24,000 nucleotides of DNA, taken from the NCBI RefSeq assembly GCF_003992115.1, contig NZ_RQUX01000008.1:27516-51515 (forward strand). The letters run 5' to 3'. The notes beneath the pieces are model-generated. The model saw nothing but the letters and a program-made list of their open reading frames with translations, was not told where the DNA came from and searched no databases. The translations under genes were made by a program, and so were the position numbers. Below are positions 7,294 to 16,099 of this stretch, piece by piece (within the stretch, counting starts at the first letter, position 1; every line of letters begins with the position of its first letter). This DNA is from Veillonella ratti (GTDB taxonomy: Bacteria; Bacillota; Negativicutes; Veillonellales; Veillonellaceae).

Positions 7294-7354
7294 AAAGACA
7301 TAGAAAAAAATCGATATTCAAAATTTATTGATATTCGAAGGGAGATTATATATT

Positions 7355-7936
7355 ATGAAATTACAAAAATTATTAGTATTAGGTTTAGCATTAACAACAG
7401 TTGCGGGCGTAGCTTCCGCTAAAACTTTACCGGCCGATCAATGGTACTGGGTACATTCCGACGCTGACTACACAACTCGTGTTAACGTTCCTTCCGTTAA
7501 CTACGATGTAAATACAGATACTGCTGATTTCCAGGCAGCTGCAGTAAACCCTAACACAGGTCTTACTGACGTAGTAAACTACAAATTAGACTTCGCTAAC
7601 AACACATTATACGCTTACCAGAAAGACGTATACCCTAACAACTCCGAAAATGTTCAGAGCACTTCCAACGCTAACGGTGCAGGCCAGGCTATCCAGCCTA
7701 ACACAGCTGCCGCTGCTTTAGAAACTGTAGTAGCTAACCTTGTTAACCGCGACTACCAGTTGAAAAACAAACCGGACATCGCTATTACTCCGGCCGAAGC
7801 TCAACAGAAAAAAGTAGAAGACGCTAAAATCGCCGCTACTTGGCAGAACGCACAGGCTCAGAGCAACTTAGAAGCTCAGAAAACCGATATCATCATCGAC
7901 AAAACTGACACTGAAGCTCAGAAACCTGCAAAATAA
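7355..7936 (+). CDS. secreted/periplasmic protein of unknown function (193 aa), predicted highly expressed
   Basis: The track ORF starts at TTG 7328. The ATG at 7355 has GAAGGGAG (7337-7344) at proper spacing and yields a classical signal peptide, MKLQKLLVLGLALTTVAGVASA|KTLP. The mature part is N/Q/A/T-rich with no Cys. Codon use is strongly biased (all Tyr TAC, both Phe TTC, Asn almost all AAC, Ala mostly GCT). Confidence 0.75.
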   Translation: MKLQKLLVLGLALTTVAGVASAKTLPADQWYWVHSDADYTTRVNVPSVNYDVNTDTADFQAAAVNPNTGLTDVVNYKLDFANNTLYAYQKDVYPNNSENVQSTSNANGAGQAIQPNTAAAALETVVANLVNRDYQLKNKPDIAITPAEAQQKKVEDAKIAATWQNAQAQSNLEAQKTDIIIDKTDTEAQKPAK

Positions 7937-8081
7937 TAAATAATAAGTATTACGTACTAAGGCATTTATTAATTAATTTATATTTTGCCTTGTAACATAA
8001 CTATTCTCTCTCAGTTGTACTTATTAAGCCGACAAACAATAGCCCAAGCGTAACAGCCGTATGCATTGGTCTATTCATATC

Positions 8082-8132
8082 AAAGAGGCAGTAACCATCC
8101 GAACCGACTCGGAGGTTACTGCCTCTTTTTTG
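8082..8132 (+). terminator. Rho-independent terminator
   Basis: GAGGCAGTAACC (8085-8096) pairs with GGTTACTGCCTC (8114-8125). An inner TCCGA/TCGGA stem extends the hairpin. T6 follows at 8126-8131. It lies about 145 nt after the 7936 stop. Confidence 0.75.
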
Positions 8133-8369
8133 ATTGAAAAATAAATAATGCTCTACTTATATCTTTTTATAAAGCCCTTCAGACTATATAATTCAAATAA
8201 TACCCCTACCTGAATAAACCTTGACAGAAAGTATATAATGAAAGTAAGAAGTATATTTACGTATATAAATATGTATGACTAGCAAGTGATATCAAAGAAT
8301 ATATACGCAATAGGTTTGCCATCACTCAGCAGTATAGCCGTCATCTACAAATATTAGGAGGTTTTCACC

Positions 8370-8867
8370 ATGAACAGTATTTTCCACAGAACCAGTATCC
8401 GCAAATACGAAGCTCGTCCGGTTGAGCCGGAAAAAATCACCGAAATCCTTCGTGCCGGTATGCAAGCACCTTCCGCGGTTAACCAACAGCCTTGGGAATT
8501 CTACGTTGTTACCAATCCAGAAGTTATTAAGACCTTGTCTAATGTTTCCCCCTACTCGCACTGCGTAGCCGGTGCTCCGGTTGTGATTGTACCGGTCTAC
8601 AAAACTGATTCTATCCCGGTACCTTCAATGGCTCAAATCGACATGTCAATTGCTCAAGAAAATATTTGGCTCCAGACCGATGCACTTGGCCTCGGCGGCG
8701 TTTGGATTGGCATTGCCCCTTTCGAAGATCGCATGGAATATGTAAGCAAAGCCTTAAACCTACCTGAAGGAATACAACCATTCTCACTCTTCCCTTTAGG
8801 CTATCCCGCTGAAACAAGAAAACAGCAAGACCGTTTCTTCGAAGACCGAATTCACTATGTGAAATAA
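8370..8867 (+). CDS. nitroreductase-family protein (165 aa)
   Basis: N-terminus FHRTSIRKYEARPVEPEKITEILRAGMQAPSAVNQQPWEFYVV is the typical nitroreductase-fold signature. GGAGG lies 8 nt upstream of the ATG. Confidence 0.85.
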   Translation: MNSIFHRTSIRKYEARPVEPEKITEILRAGMQAPSAVNQQPWEFYVVTNPEVIKTLSNVSPYSHCVAGAPVVIVPVYKTDSIPVPSMAQIDMSIAQENIWLQTDALGLGGVWIGIAPFEDRMEYVSKALNLPEGIQPFSLFPLGYPAETRKQQDRFFEDRIHYVK

Positions 8868-8892
8868 TAAAATACAATAAGATAAAAATACA

Positions 8893-8935
8893 GGCGATAA
8901 TGCATAACTTCAAAGTTGAGCATTATCGCCTTTTT
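8893..8935. terminator. bidirectional Rho-independent terminator between convergent genes
   Basis: GGCGATAATGC (8893-8903) pairs with GCATTATCGCC (8920-8930). T5 follows on the + strand. An A/T-rich run precedes it, giving UGUAUUUUU on the minus strand. Confidence 0.7.
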
Positions 8936-8969
8936 GTGTTTCTATTAAACATTTATGGAGAAATATAAA

Positions 8970-9752
8970 TTATTCGTTTTCTACCAATGCAAAGCAACGT
9001 GCCGCAAAGCCGGTGCCACCTTTCAACTTAGGGAAGGTTACAAAAATAACAGCCCCCACCGGTGGTAATTCATCCAAGTGAGCCAATACCTCCACCTGAA
9101 TTCTATCCTGCGACAAAATATACTGTTCAGCCGGCAACGGATGGGAATCCGGTTGGAATGCTCGAATCGCTGCATCCGTATCGGCCGTTTCATGACCGAT
9201 GGCACCGATATTACGCTCTTTTACCAAAAACTCCAATGTGGGAATCGTCCAGCCCGGCGTATGCGGATTGCCATCGGCATCCTTTTTCTGAAAATCATCG
9301 GCCGGTTGTTTATACCAATCCGTTCTAAACGCTACAAAAGCACCTTCCGGAATGCGACCATATTCTTTTTCAAAGGCCAACACATCTTCAACGGATAATT
9401 CATAATCCGGATTTTCAGCCACTTCTTTGGATTTATCGATAACAACTAAAGGATAGACCATTTCATCAACGCGTAGCTGCTCTTGCGTACGCCCCTTCGA
9501 ATCAAAATGAATCGGTGCATCTACATGCGTGCCATACTGTCCTACCACGGTATATTCCTTAATCTGCATAGGCGCTTCCGTCCAAGTGTCGCCATCTTTT
9601 TTATTTTCCGGATAATCATATAAAGTCGTTTCCTTCAAAGGCTTAAAGCCCCACCAGTGTGGTGTTTCCGGACTTAACTCATGCGTCAAATCTACAAAAC
9701 GATACTTCGAAGACTTCCATGCTGCTACTTGTTCCCATAATTTTAAACTCAT
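8970..9752 (-). CDS. cyclase-family protein (kynurenine formamidase-like fold)
   Basis: 260 aa. Has DLTHELSPETPHWWGF and the metal motif GTHVDAPIHF (HxGTHxDxPxH-type) typical of the putative-cyclase family. RBS AGAGGAGAGAG. Confidence 0.8.
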   Translation of the reverse strand: MSLKLWEQVAAWKSSKYRFVDLTHELSPETPHWWGFKPLKETTLYDYPENKKDGDTWTEAPMQIKEYTVVGQYGTHVDAPIHFDSKGRTQEQLRVDEMVYPLVVIDKSKEVAENPDYELSVEDVLAFEKEYGRIPEGAFVAFRTDWYKQPADDFQKKDADGNPHTPGWTIPTLEFLVKERNIGAIGHETADTDAAIRAFQPDSHPLPAEQYILSQDRIQVEVLAHLDELPPVGAVIFVTFPKLKGGTGFAARCFALVENE

Positions 9753-9875
9753 ACTCTCTCCTCTTTTCTTTTGAAAAAATTTTTCTCTAATCTCTCATTA
9801 CAGTAAACAAAGTTTTATAGGTGCATTTCATTCCCCCTTGCCCCTGCTAAACATTTGTTTTTGTGTAATAGATAT

Positions 9876-9884
9876 ATTATACCA
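9876..9884 (-). promoter_or_regulatory. extended -10 element (TGgTATAAT) upstream of the cyclase gene
   Basis: rc of 9876-9884 reads TGGTATAAT. It predicts a leader of about 115 nt containing a G-rich tract (GCAGGGGCAAGGGGGAAUG). I found no convincing -35. Confidence 0.4.
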
Positions 9885-9905
9885 TTAAAAATATAGGAAT
9901 AATAG

Positions 9906-10880
9906 TTATTTTAAAGATTCTAAAAATGCTTTCACCTTATCGAGCACTTCAATAATCTTTTCAAAAAACAACCGAATTTCATTGAGATAACTATTAATCT
10001 TCAAATCCGTATCATCGGTGCGATTTACATCTTGCTGCACGGTCTGCACTATCCCGCGCGCTATGGCCGGCATATTTTGTGAAAACTCATGATCATAACC
10101 CTCCACGATTTCAAGCGTGCTATGCTTATAAATTTCAACAAAACGCTGCGCATACCGTGGCGGCACTACCGTATCCTCCTTCCCCTGAATGATAGTCACC
10201 GGTCCCGTATACAGCTTTGCCGTGTCATACAAAGGCAGACTATAAGCCGTTTTAAAATAATCACGGCCTACGCGTAAGCCGCTCGGCAGTTCAATGTATT
10301 CCGGCATAGTATCCGTATCAAACTGTACACCGAAAAAGGCTCCACCAATCGTTTTATCCACGATATTAGCGGCCGGAGCCAATAACACCAACCCTTTTAC
10401 CGCATCATTGCCATATTGCTCCGTTAACTCGCCGGCCAGCATACTGGCCACAACCCCACCTTGCGAATGGCCGACCAGTAAAATATTCGTAACGCCTGGT
10501 AATGCTTTGGCGTACGCATAGACCTTCTTCGCATCTTCAATTTCATTCGGCACCGTCATGTCTTCAAAACGGCCTTCACTATCACCGTGGCCGTTAAAAT
10601 CAAAACGAATAGAAGCAATCCCCGCTTTTTCCAAATATTCCGCCGTCAATTCCAGTAGTTTATAATCTTTGCTCGCGGAAAAACCGTGCATCAAAATAAC
10701 CAAAGGATAACTCTGAACCGTGTCCGGTGTTTCCAACACAGCCGACAAGGCGCCGTGGTCACCTTGAATCATAAGTCGTTCCGATTTAGCCGCAACACCG
10801 TTAAATGCCCCAGCCGTCATAAAACTGATAAAGCCCACCAGCACCATCAGTACGGTCATTTTTTTCAGTATATATTTCAT
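9906..10880 (-). CDS. secreted alpha/beta hydrolase (feruloyl/cinnamoyl-esterase-like serine hydrolase)
   Basis: 324 aa. N-terminal signal/anchor MKYILKKMTVLMVLVGFISFMTAGAFNGVAA. Oxyanion-region LVILMHGF. Nucleophile elbow GHSQGG. Also FDFNGHGDSEG. A C-terminal extension of about 45 aa looks like an amphipathic helix (NSYLNEIRLFFEKIIEVLDKVKAFLESLK). Confidence 0.8.
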   Translation of the reverse strand: MKYILKKMTVLMVLVGFISFMTAGAFNGVAAKSERLMIQGDHGALSAVLETPDTVQSYPLVILMHGFSASKDYKLLELTAEYLEKAGIASIRFDFNGHGDSEGRFEDMTVPNEIEDAKKVYAYAKALPGVTNILLVGHSQGGVVASMLAGELTEQYGNDAVKGLVLLAPAANIVDKTIGGAFFGVQFDTDTMPEYIELPSGLRVGRDYFKTAYSLPLYDTAKLYTGPVTIIQGKEDTVVPPRYAQRFVEIYKHSTLEIVEGYDHEFSQNMPAIARGIVQTVQQDVNRTDDTDLKINSYLNEIRLFFEKIIEVLDKVKAFLESLK

Positions 10881-11246
10881 ATGAGTAATCTTCCGTTTCT
10901 TCTAAACAACTAATAAATACACTGTCAATAATGATATGTTCATACTACAAGCATATTATAAGTATAGAGTATCATATAAAATTCAATAAGAAAAGGAACC
11001 GTCCGTTCATTAATATCATATCCGTATCATCCGCAATACGTCGCCTATTATAGGCAGATAATTCAAAAAAAGCTCCATTCCGCTCAAAATATATGCGTGA
11101 ATCAAACAGGAAACACCTTTCGTGTATACTAATATATCAAAAAATTATTAAGTATCCTTTATATTACGTTTTCTAATTATCCCTATAAAATAAGCTATCC
11201 CAGGTACATCTTCATCAAATTTAATAATATTTTTAATAAAAAAATA

Positions 11247-11275
11247 TTGTCTATTTCGAAATTTACAGTTATAAT
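11247..11275 (+). promoter_or_regulatory. catalase promoter
   Basis: TTGTCT (11247-11252), exactly 17 nt of spacer, then TATAAT (11270-11275). Confidence 0.6.
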
Positions 11276-11287
11276 AAAAGTATAAAC

Positions 11288-11302
11288 GGATAATAATTAT
11301 CC
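11288..11302. promoter_or_regulatory. Fur-family (Fur/PerR-type) 7-1-7 operator GGATAATaATTATCC
   Basis: Perfect inverted repeat read directly. It begins 13 nt downstream of the -10 hexamer, roughly +6 to +20 relative to the predicted start site. It matches the B. subtilis Fur-family 7-1-7 consensus xxATAATnATTATxx. Confidence 0.55.
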
Positions 11303-11356
11303 ATTAACATTCAAAACAATCGAAAAGTTAGTAGGTACTAAGGAGGAAATAGGAAA

Positions 11357-12823
11357 ATGAGTGACAAAAAGAAATTGACTACTGCCTTTGGTGCACCCGT
11401 ACCGGACAATAATAACTCTATGACGGCCGGCAAACGTGGTCCTGTACTTATGCAAGACGTATGGCTCATGGAAAAATTAGGCCATTTTGCTCGTGAAGTA
11501 ATTCCTGAAAGACGTATGCATGCTAAAGGTTCCGGCGCATTCGGTACTTTTACAGTAACTAATGACATCACTAAATACACTAAAGCTAAACTTTTCTCCG
11601 AAGTTGGCAAAAAAACCGATTTATTCGTTCGTTTCTCCACGGTAGCCGGGGAACGCGGTGCCGCTGACGCCGAACGCGATATTCGCGGTTTTGCCGTTAA
11701 ATTCTACACCGAAGAAGGCAACTGGGACCTCGTTGGTAACAACACCCCAGTATTCTTCATTCGCGATCCATTGCAATTCCCTGATTTGAACCGTGCGGTA
11801 AAACGTAATCCAAAAACAAACTTGCGTGATGCCGAAGCTAACTGGGACTTCTGGACCAGCTTACCGGAAGCCATCCACCAGATCACTATCGTTATGAGTG
11901 ACCGTGGTATCCCTTCCTCCTACCGCCATATGCATGGTTTCGGTAGCCATACGTACAGCTTAATCAACGCTAATGATGAGCGCGTTTGGGTTAAATTCCA
12001 CTGGGTTTGCCAACAACCGATTGAAAACTTGAGCGACCAAGAAGCAGCTGAAGTAGTAGCCGGCGACCGCGAAAGCCATCAACGGGATTTATTCGACGCC
12101 ATTGAAAAAGGCGATTTCCCGAAATGGAAATTATGCATCCAGGTTATGACGGAAGAACAGGCTAAAGAAATGCCATATAATCCGTTCGACCTCACTAAAG
12201 TTTGGTATCACAGTGAATTCCCGCTCATCGAAGTGGGTGTCATGGAATTAAATCGCAATCCTGAAAACTACTTCCAAGATGTTGAACAAGCTGCCTTTGC
12301 TCCATCCACTATCGTTCCGGGCATTGGATTCTCCCCTGACAGAATGTTACAAGGTCGTTTATTCTCCTATGCTGATGCTCAGCGTTATCGCTTAGGCACT
12401 AACTACCATCAGATTCCGGTTAACGCCGCTAAATGCCCTGTCAACATGTACCATCGCGATGGTCTCGGCCGTGTTGACGGTAACCACGGTGCTACCATCG
12501 GCTATGCGCCAAATACTAAAGGCGAATGGCTCAACCAACCGGAATTCAAAGAACCACCGCTCGATATTACGGGCCCTGCTTACCAATACGATTTCTATGA
12601 AGACGATTCCGATTTCTACACCCAACCGGGCAAATTGTTCCGTCTCATGACTCCGGAAAAACAACAACTTTTATTTGAAAATACAGCACGTGCTATGAAC
12701 GGCGTTTCTAAAGAAATTCAAGAACGCCACGTTAAACATTGTTACCAATGTGATCCGGCTTACGGCGAAGGCGTAGCCAAGGCACTCGGTATTACAGTTG
12801 ATTTTTCCAATTTAGATGATTAA
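11357..12823 (+). CDS. katA: monofunctional heme catalase (small-subunit, clade 3-like)
   Basis: 488 aa. Has [20 protein letters not shown] (distal His region), [11 protein letters not shown], and [14 protein letters not shown] (proximal Tyr region). RBS AGGAGGAAA. Codon bias suggests high expression. Confidence 0.95.
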   Translation: MSDKKKLTTAFGAPVPDNNNSMTAGKRGPVLMQDVWLMEKLGHFAREVIPERRMHAKGSGAFGTFTVTNDITKYTKAKLFSEVGKKTDLFVRFSTVAGERGAADAERDIRGFAVKFYTEEGNWDLVGNNTPVFFIRDPLQFPDLNRAVKRNPKTNLRDAEANWDFWTSLPEAIHQITIVMSDRGIPSSYRHMHGFGSHTYSLINANDERVWVKFHWVCQQPIENLSDQEAAEVVAGDRESHQRDLFDAIEKGDFPKWKLCIQVMTEEQAKEMPYNPFDLTKVWYHSEFPLIEVGVMELNRNPENYFQDVEQAAFAPSTIVPGIGFSPDRMLQGRLFSYADAQRYRLGTNYHQIPVNAAKCPVNMYHRDGLGRVDGNHGATIGYAPNTKGEWLNQPEFKEPPLDITGPAYQYDFYEDDSDFYTQPGKLFRLMTPEKQQLLFENTARAMNGVSKEIQERHVKHCYQCDPAYGEGVAKALGITVDFSNLDD

Positions 12824-12911
12824 TATATTCGCGTTTCATGTGACCAATATGTGCAATTAATCATTAAAAATAACTACTCTCTCTAGGAAAATCAGCTGCA
12901 TAATAAACAAA

Positions 12912-12945
12912 CCCCTCTCTGTGCATCCGCACGGAGAGGGGTTTT
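12912..12945. terminator. bidirectional Rho-independent terminator (catalase / lactate permease convergent pair)
   Basis: CCCCTCTCTGTGC (12912-12924) pairs with GCACGGAGAGGGG (12929-12941) around a 4-nt loop. TTTTGTGTT follows on the + strand, and UUUGUUUAUU follows on the minus strand. Confidence 0.75.
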
Positions 12946-13001
12946 GTGTTATCTGAATCCAAAGCTTTGGATTATAGCTTTATAGGACTATAGGGCAAAG
13001 C

Positions 13002-13259
13002 TTACAACAACAACTGCATAAAGCCTAACAAACCAAATATAACAGCCAGCGCAATAGTAAACGGCATCATAAGTTTCAATATTTTATCTTCACCTTCGTT
13101 AAACTCGGTGGTGACAATCCCCATAATCACACACCCCGGCGAAAAGGAATTACCAAGCACGCCGCCGGTAGTCTGCAACGCTGCCGTAATAGCCGGATTT
13201 ATGCCCAGCGCCTTAGCCGCCAGCATTTGTAAATTGCCGAATAATATATTGGAGGACAT
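13002..13259 (-). pseudogene. lctP: L-lactate permease (LctP family), C-terminal fragment separated by a frameshift
   Basis: The frame extends upstream of the annotated Met as LTGSN-MSSNILFGNLQ..., which is the conserved LctP FLTGS(D/N)xSSNxLF motif. It continues the 456-aa ORF exactly after a 1-nt shift at 13272-13277. Confidence 0.8.
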
Positions 13260-13270
13260 ATTACTACCTG

Positions 13271-14641
13271 TTAAAAGGAACCAATCATGCCCAATAACGG
13301 CGATACTATAACATAGGAAATACCGAGCAATTCAACAATTCCCGTTGAAAGCACATAGATTTGCCCGCTACTGCCCATATATTTAGCCATAACAATTAAA
13401 CAGGTAATAGCAATCGTTGGTGCTTTACATTTTTCAAAAGTGCGTTTATTAACAGCCGTTACCGCCGTTTTAGGTAAAAACTTCTTTTTTTCATAATACC
13501 AAAGACTGCTTAGCGCCGACAAAAGTAAGAACGTACCCGCATAAGTTAAAGGTTGCACGGGACTGAAATAAGGCTCCGCCTTAGTCATATAACCAAAAGC
13601 AGTCACCGTCTCAGGAAACGTGAGCGCCACTTTCCAGACACTGAGAGTATTGTAAATCGGTGGCACTAACAAGCATAATACCGTAATGCCAATCAACAGA
13701 TAGTATGGCAAAAAAGCTTGATTAAACGACATGGTACGTCCGGAAGTGACCTTTGCCGGCGTGTCATTCAACGGTACATTTTCAATGTGTTTAAGCCGCA
13801 TCATAATCGGGCTGCCAGTAATGTACCATCGTTGCTTGTACTTTGGAATTTTACTCACCACAAACACTAAGCCCATGCCGATAGCGGTAGGTAAAAAGCA
13901 GGAAATAGTCGGATTAATGGTGGCAAGCCATAATTCGCCGCCACCCATGACAAGAGACAAGCCAACGACTACGGGCCAAACAGATTGTATCGCCCTCATT
14001 CGCCCATATAACCAACAAATATATAGCACCGCTAAAAAATTAAAAATCCAAATCATAGCCGCCGCCAAAAAGGCGGCATACACTTGTTCGTTGCCATTCA
14101 TCGAGGATTGCTGAACCAATGCCTCCCAAGCAAGGGCCAAGGTCCCAAACGTAGCCCCCCAAGAATGGCCCAGTAGTACAATGACAATACTGTACAGCGG
14201 CCTTACGCCAATACTCAATAACAGCGGCGCTCCCACCGCTACAGCAACACCAAAACCGGTTATCCCCTGTAAGAAACTGGGAAACACCCAACCTAATATT
14301 AAAATCTGTAATAGTTCGTGTTTTGTTATCTGTTGAATACCTGCGCGAATCGCCTCAACCGCCTTAACTTCACAAGTTATTTCATATAAATAAATGGCCG
14401 GCCAAATCACGAGCAATATAGTAGCAGCGTTCCAAACGCCCTTACCGGTTTCAAATAATAAAGCTAATGGTGAGGATCCGAAAAGTAGCCAGGCAATCGA
14501 TAGGGCCAATATCATACTGACAACGGAGGCGTTGGCAATGCGCCACCGTAATTTAATAATCGCTACTAAAAGAAATACAATGGGTACTAACGCCGGTAAC
14601 CAAAAACGTACGTCCGTTGAAAGTTCCATTACATCAACCAC
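13271..14641 (-). CDS. lctP: L-lactate permease (LctP family), N-terminal 456 aa, truncated by a frameshift
   Basis: Polytopic membrane protein with LctP-like segments (LGWVFPSFLQGITGFGVAVAVGAPLL, GHSWGATFGTLALAWEAL). It ends ...PLLGMIGSF* inside the conserved FLTGS motif. The track start is GTG 14641. ATG 14629 (MELSTDV) overlaps the upstream stop as TAATG and is at least as likely. Confidence 0.8.
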   Translation of the reverse strand: MVDVMELSTDVRFWLPALVPIVFLLVAIIKLRWRIANASVVSMILALSIAWLLFGSSPLALLFETGKGVWNAATILLVIWPAIYLYEITCEVKAVEAIRAGIQQITKHELLQILILGWVFPSFLQGITGFGVAVAVGAPLLLSIGVRPLYSIVIVLLGHSWGATFGTLALAWEALVQQSSMNGNEQVYAAFLAAAMIWIFNFLAVLYICWLYGRMRAIQSVWPVVVGLSLVMGGGELWLATINPTISCFLPTAIGMGLVFVVSKIPKYKQRWYITGSPIMMRLKHIENVPLNDTPAKVTSGRTMSFNQAFLPYYLLIGITVLCLLVPPIYNTLSVWKVALTFPETVTAFGYMTKAEPYFSPVQPLTYAGTFLLLSALSSLWYYEKKKFLPKTAVTAVNKRTFEKCKAPTIAITCLIVMAKYMGSSGQIYVLSTGIVELLGISYVIVSPLLGMIGSF

Positions 14642-15933
14642 TTAATTGCATAAATTACCGGCACCGAAATCAGAATGGATAATACTACACGTTCAAACCA
14701 AATGATAAAATAATCTTTGAGTTTAATCGGAATTTCCGTAGCCATCATACATGGAATCGAAGCGGAGAAGAACAATACTTCAGAAACGCAGGTAATAGCA
14801 ACCAACATACGAACTTCAAAGCTTAATTTCGTAACCAAAACAGCGGGCAGGAACATTTCCGCAATACCGAGGGATAACGCTTTAGCTACTAAAAACGGTT
14901 CTTCAAAGCCTGTAATCCAAGTAAATGGATACAAGGTGTAAGCCAAAATATTAAATACCGGCGTATTGTTAGCAATAACAATGCCCAGAACACCAATTGA
15001 CATGAGGGACGGTGCAATTTTTAAGGCCAACACGAGACCGTCACGGAGATGATGATAAGTGCCGGTTACGATGCCGTCCGCTTTCGAGCTGGCTTCCATA
15101 GCTTCTTCAAAAGCAACTTTAAGCTTATCATGGACAACCACACGTTCAACTTCACCTTGTACATCATTGTAATAGGAATCCGGCTTTTTACTGATAGGAT
15201 AAATGCGAGCCGTTACAGTCGTGACAAGAAAAGTCACCACAACAGTGGCCCAGAAATATAAGTTCCAAACATCCAGTAAATTAAGCGTTTTGGCAACAAT
15301 AATCATAAACGTAGCCGATACGGTGGAAAAACCGGTGGCAATAACGACCGCTTCTTTAATGGTATAACGACCTTCTTTGAAAACGCGGTTCGTAATCAAA
15401 AGGGCTACCGAATAACTACCTACGAACGAAGCTACCGCATCAATGGCGGAGCGCCCCGGCGTTTGCCACAGTGGTCTCATAACCGGACGCATGAAAACAC
15501 CGACAAACTCCATGAGGCCATAGTTAATAAGCAAAGCCAAGAATACGGCACCAATCGGCACAATCGTAATAACCGGCACTACGATTTTGGAATAAATAAA
15601 CGGAATCGTGCTCTTATTCATTAAAAATTCCGGACCATAACCGGTCAAAGCCATGATGATAAACGGAATCCCCAATATATTCAGCAAAGAAAACACAGTT
15701 GTTGTCGTATTCTTATTCCATGTCTTATTGATAAACGGCAAGACAGCCCCCAGAATGACAAACAAAGCGCCGTATACCGGCTGGAAGTATGGAATTTTTA
15801 AAATATACGTAACAATGTGATCTAGCGGAATCGTCGATTTTCCGCCAATAGTAACCGGTACAAAGAATATAATAATGCCTAAAATACTGTAAATAATGAA
15901 CTGTAACTTACTCTCCATGGAGTACTTATTCAT
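14629..15933 (-). CDS. YjiH-family inner-membrane protein with nucleoside-recognition (Gate) type domains; substrate unknown
   Basis: About 434 aa and multi-TM. FVGVFMRPVMRPLWQTPGRSAIDAVASFVGSYSVALLITNRVFKEGRYTIKEAVVIATGFSTVS resembles the YjiH/Gate-domain transporter family as I recall it. I prefer ATG 15933 (MNKYSME), with GGAGAGG 8 nt upstream, over the track's GTG 15942. Its stop overlaps the lctP ATG. Confidence 0.65.
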   Translation of the reverse strand: MNKYSMESKLQFIIYSILGIIIFFVPVTIGGKSTIPLDHIVTYILKIPYFQPVYGALFVILGAVLPFINKTWNKNTTTTVFSLLNILGIPFIIMALTGYGPEFLMNKSTIPFIYSKIVVPVITIVPIGAVFLALLINYGLMEFVGVFMRPVMRPLWQTPGRSAIDAVASFVGSYSVALLITNRVFKEGRYTIKEAVVIATGFSTVSATFMIIVAKTLNLLDVWNLYFWATVVVTFLVTTVTARIYPISKKPDSYYNDVQGEVERVVVHDKLKVAFEEAMEASSKADGIVTGTYHHLRDGLVLALKIAPSLMSIGVLGIVIANNTPVFNILAYTLYPFTWITGFEEPFLVAKALSLGIAEMFLPAVLVTKLSFEVRMLVAITCVSEVLFFSASIPCMMATEIPIKLKDYFIIWFERVVLSILISVPVIYAIKWLM

Positions 15934-16099
15934 ACCTCTCACCTCTCCGCTTGATTGTTAAATCATGAATTCATCAACCTTCCTGTCTCCTTTCCTCCGT
16001 ATTTATACCTCGCCTAACTTCACACTTGATATATTGTAGTTATTTTATTCCTGTAAGGTCTTAAAATAGTCAAATTTTCTTCTAACATGTATAAATTAC

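Noticed and set aside
7328-7354. TTG start at 7328 for the secreted protein
   Set aside because: The RBS GAAGGGAG lies inside this extension. The ATG at 7355 gives a canonical signal peptide starting MKLQK.
4864-7354. Calling the NADAR/HTH region a mobile element, prophage remnant or toxin-antitoxin pair
   Set aside because: I saw no integrase, transposase, tRNA target or flanking direct or inverted repeats. I recognised no toxin fold. It is kept only as a hypothesis in the findings.
8221-8239. TTGACA and TATAAT hexamers upstream of the first nitroreductase
   Set aside because: They are only 7 nt apart, so they cannot be the -35 and -10 of one sigma-70 promoter. I could not assign a confident promoter for this gene.
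13257-13280. Programmed -1 ribosomal frameshift joining the two lctP ORFs
   Set aside because: There is no X-XXY-YYZ slippery heptamer (CCTTTTA does not allow re-pairing of both tRNAs). I saw no downstream stimulatory structure. A simple T5 to T4 deletion or a sequencing error explains it.
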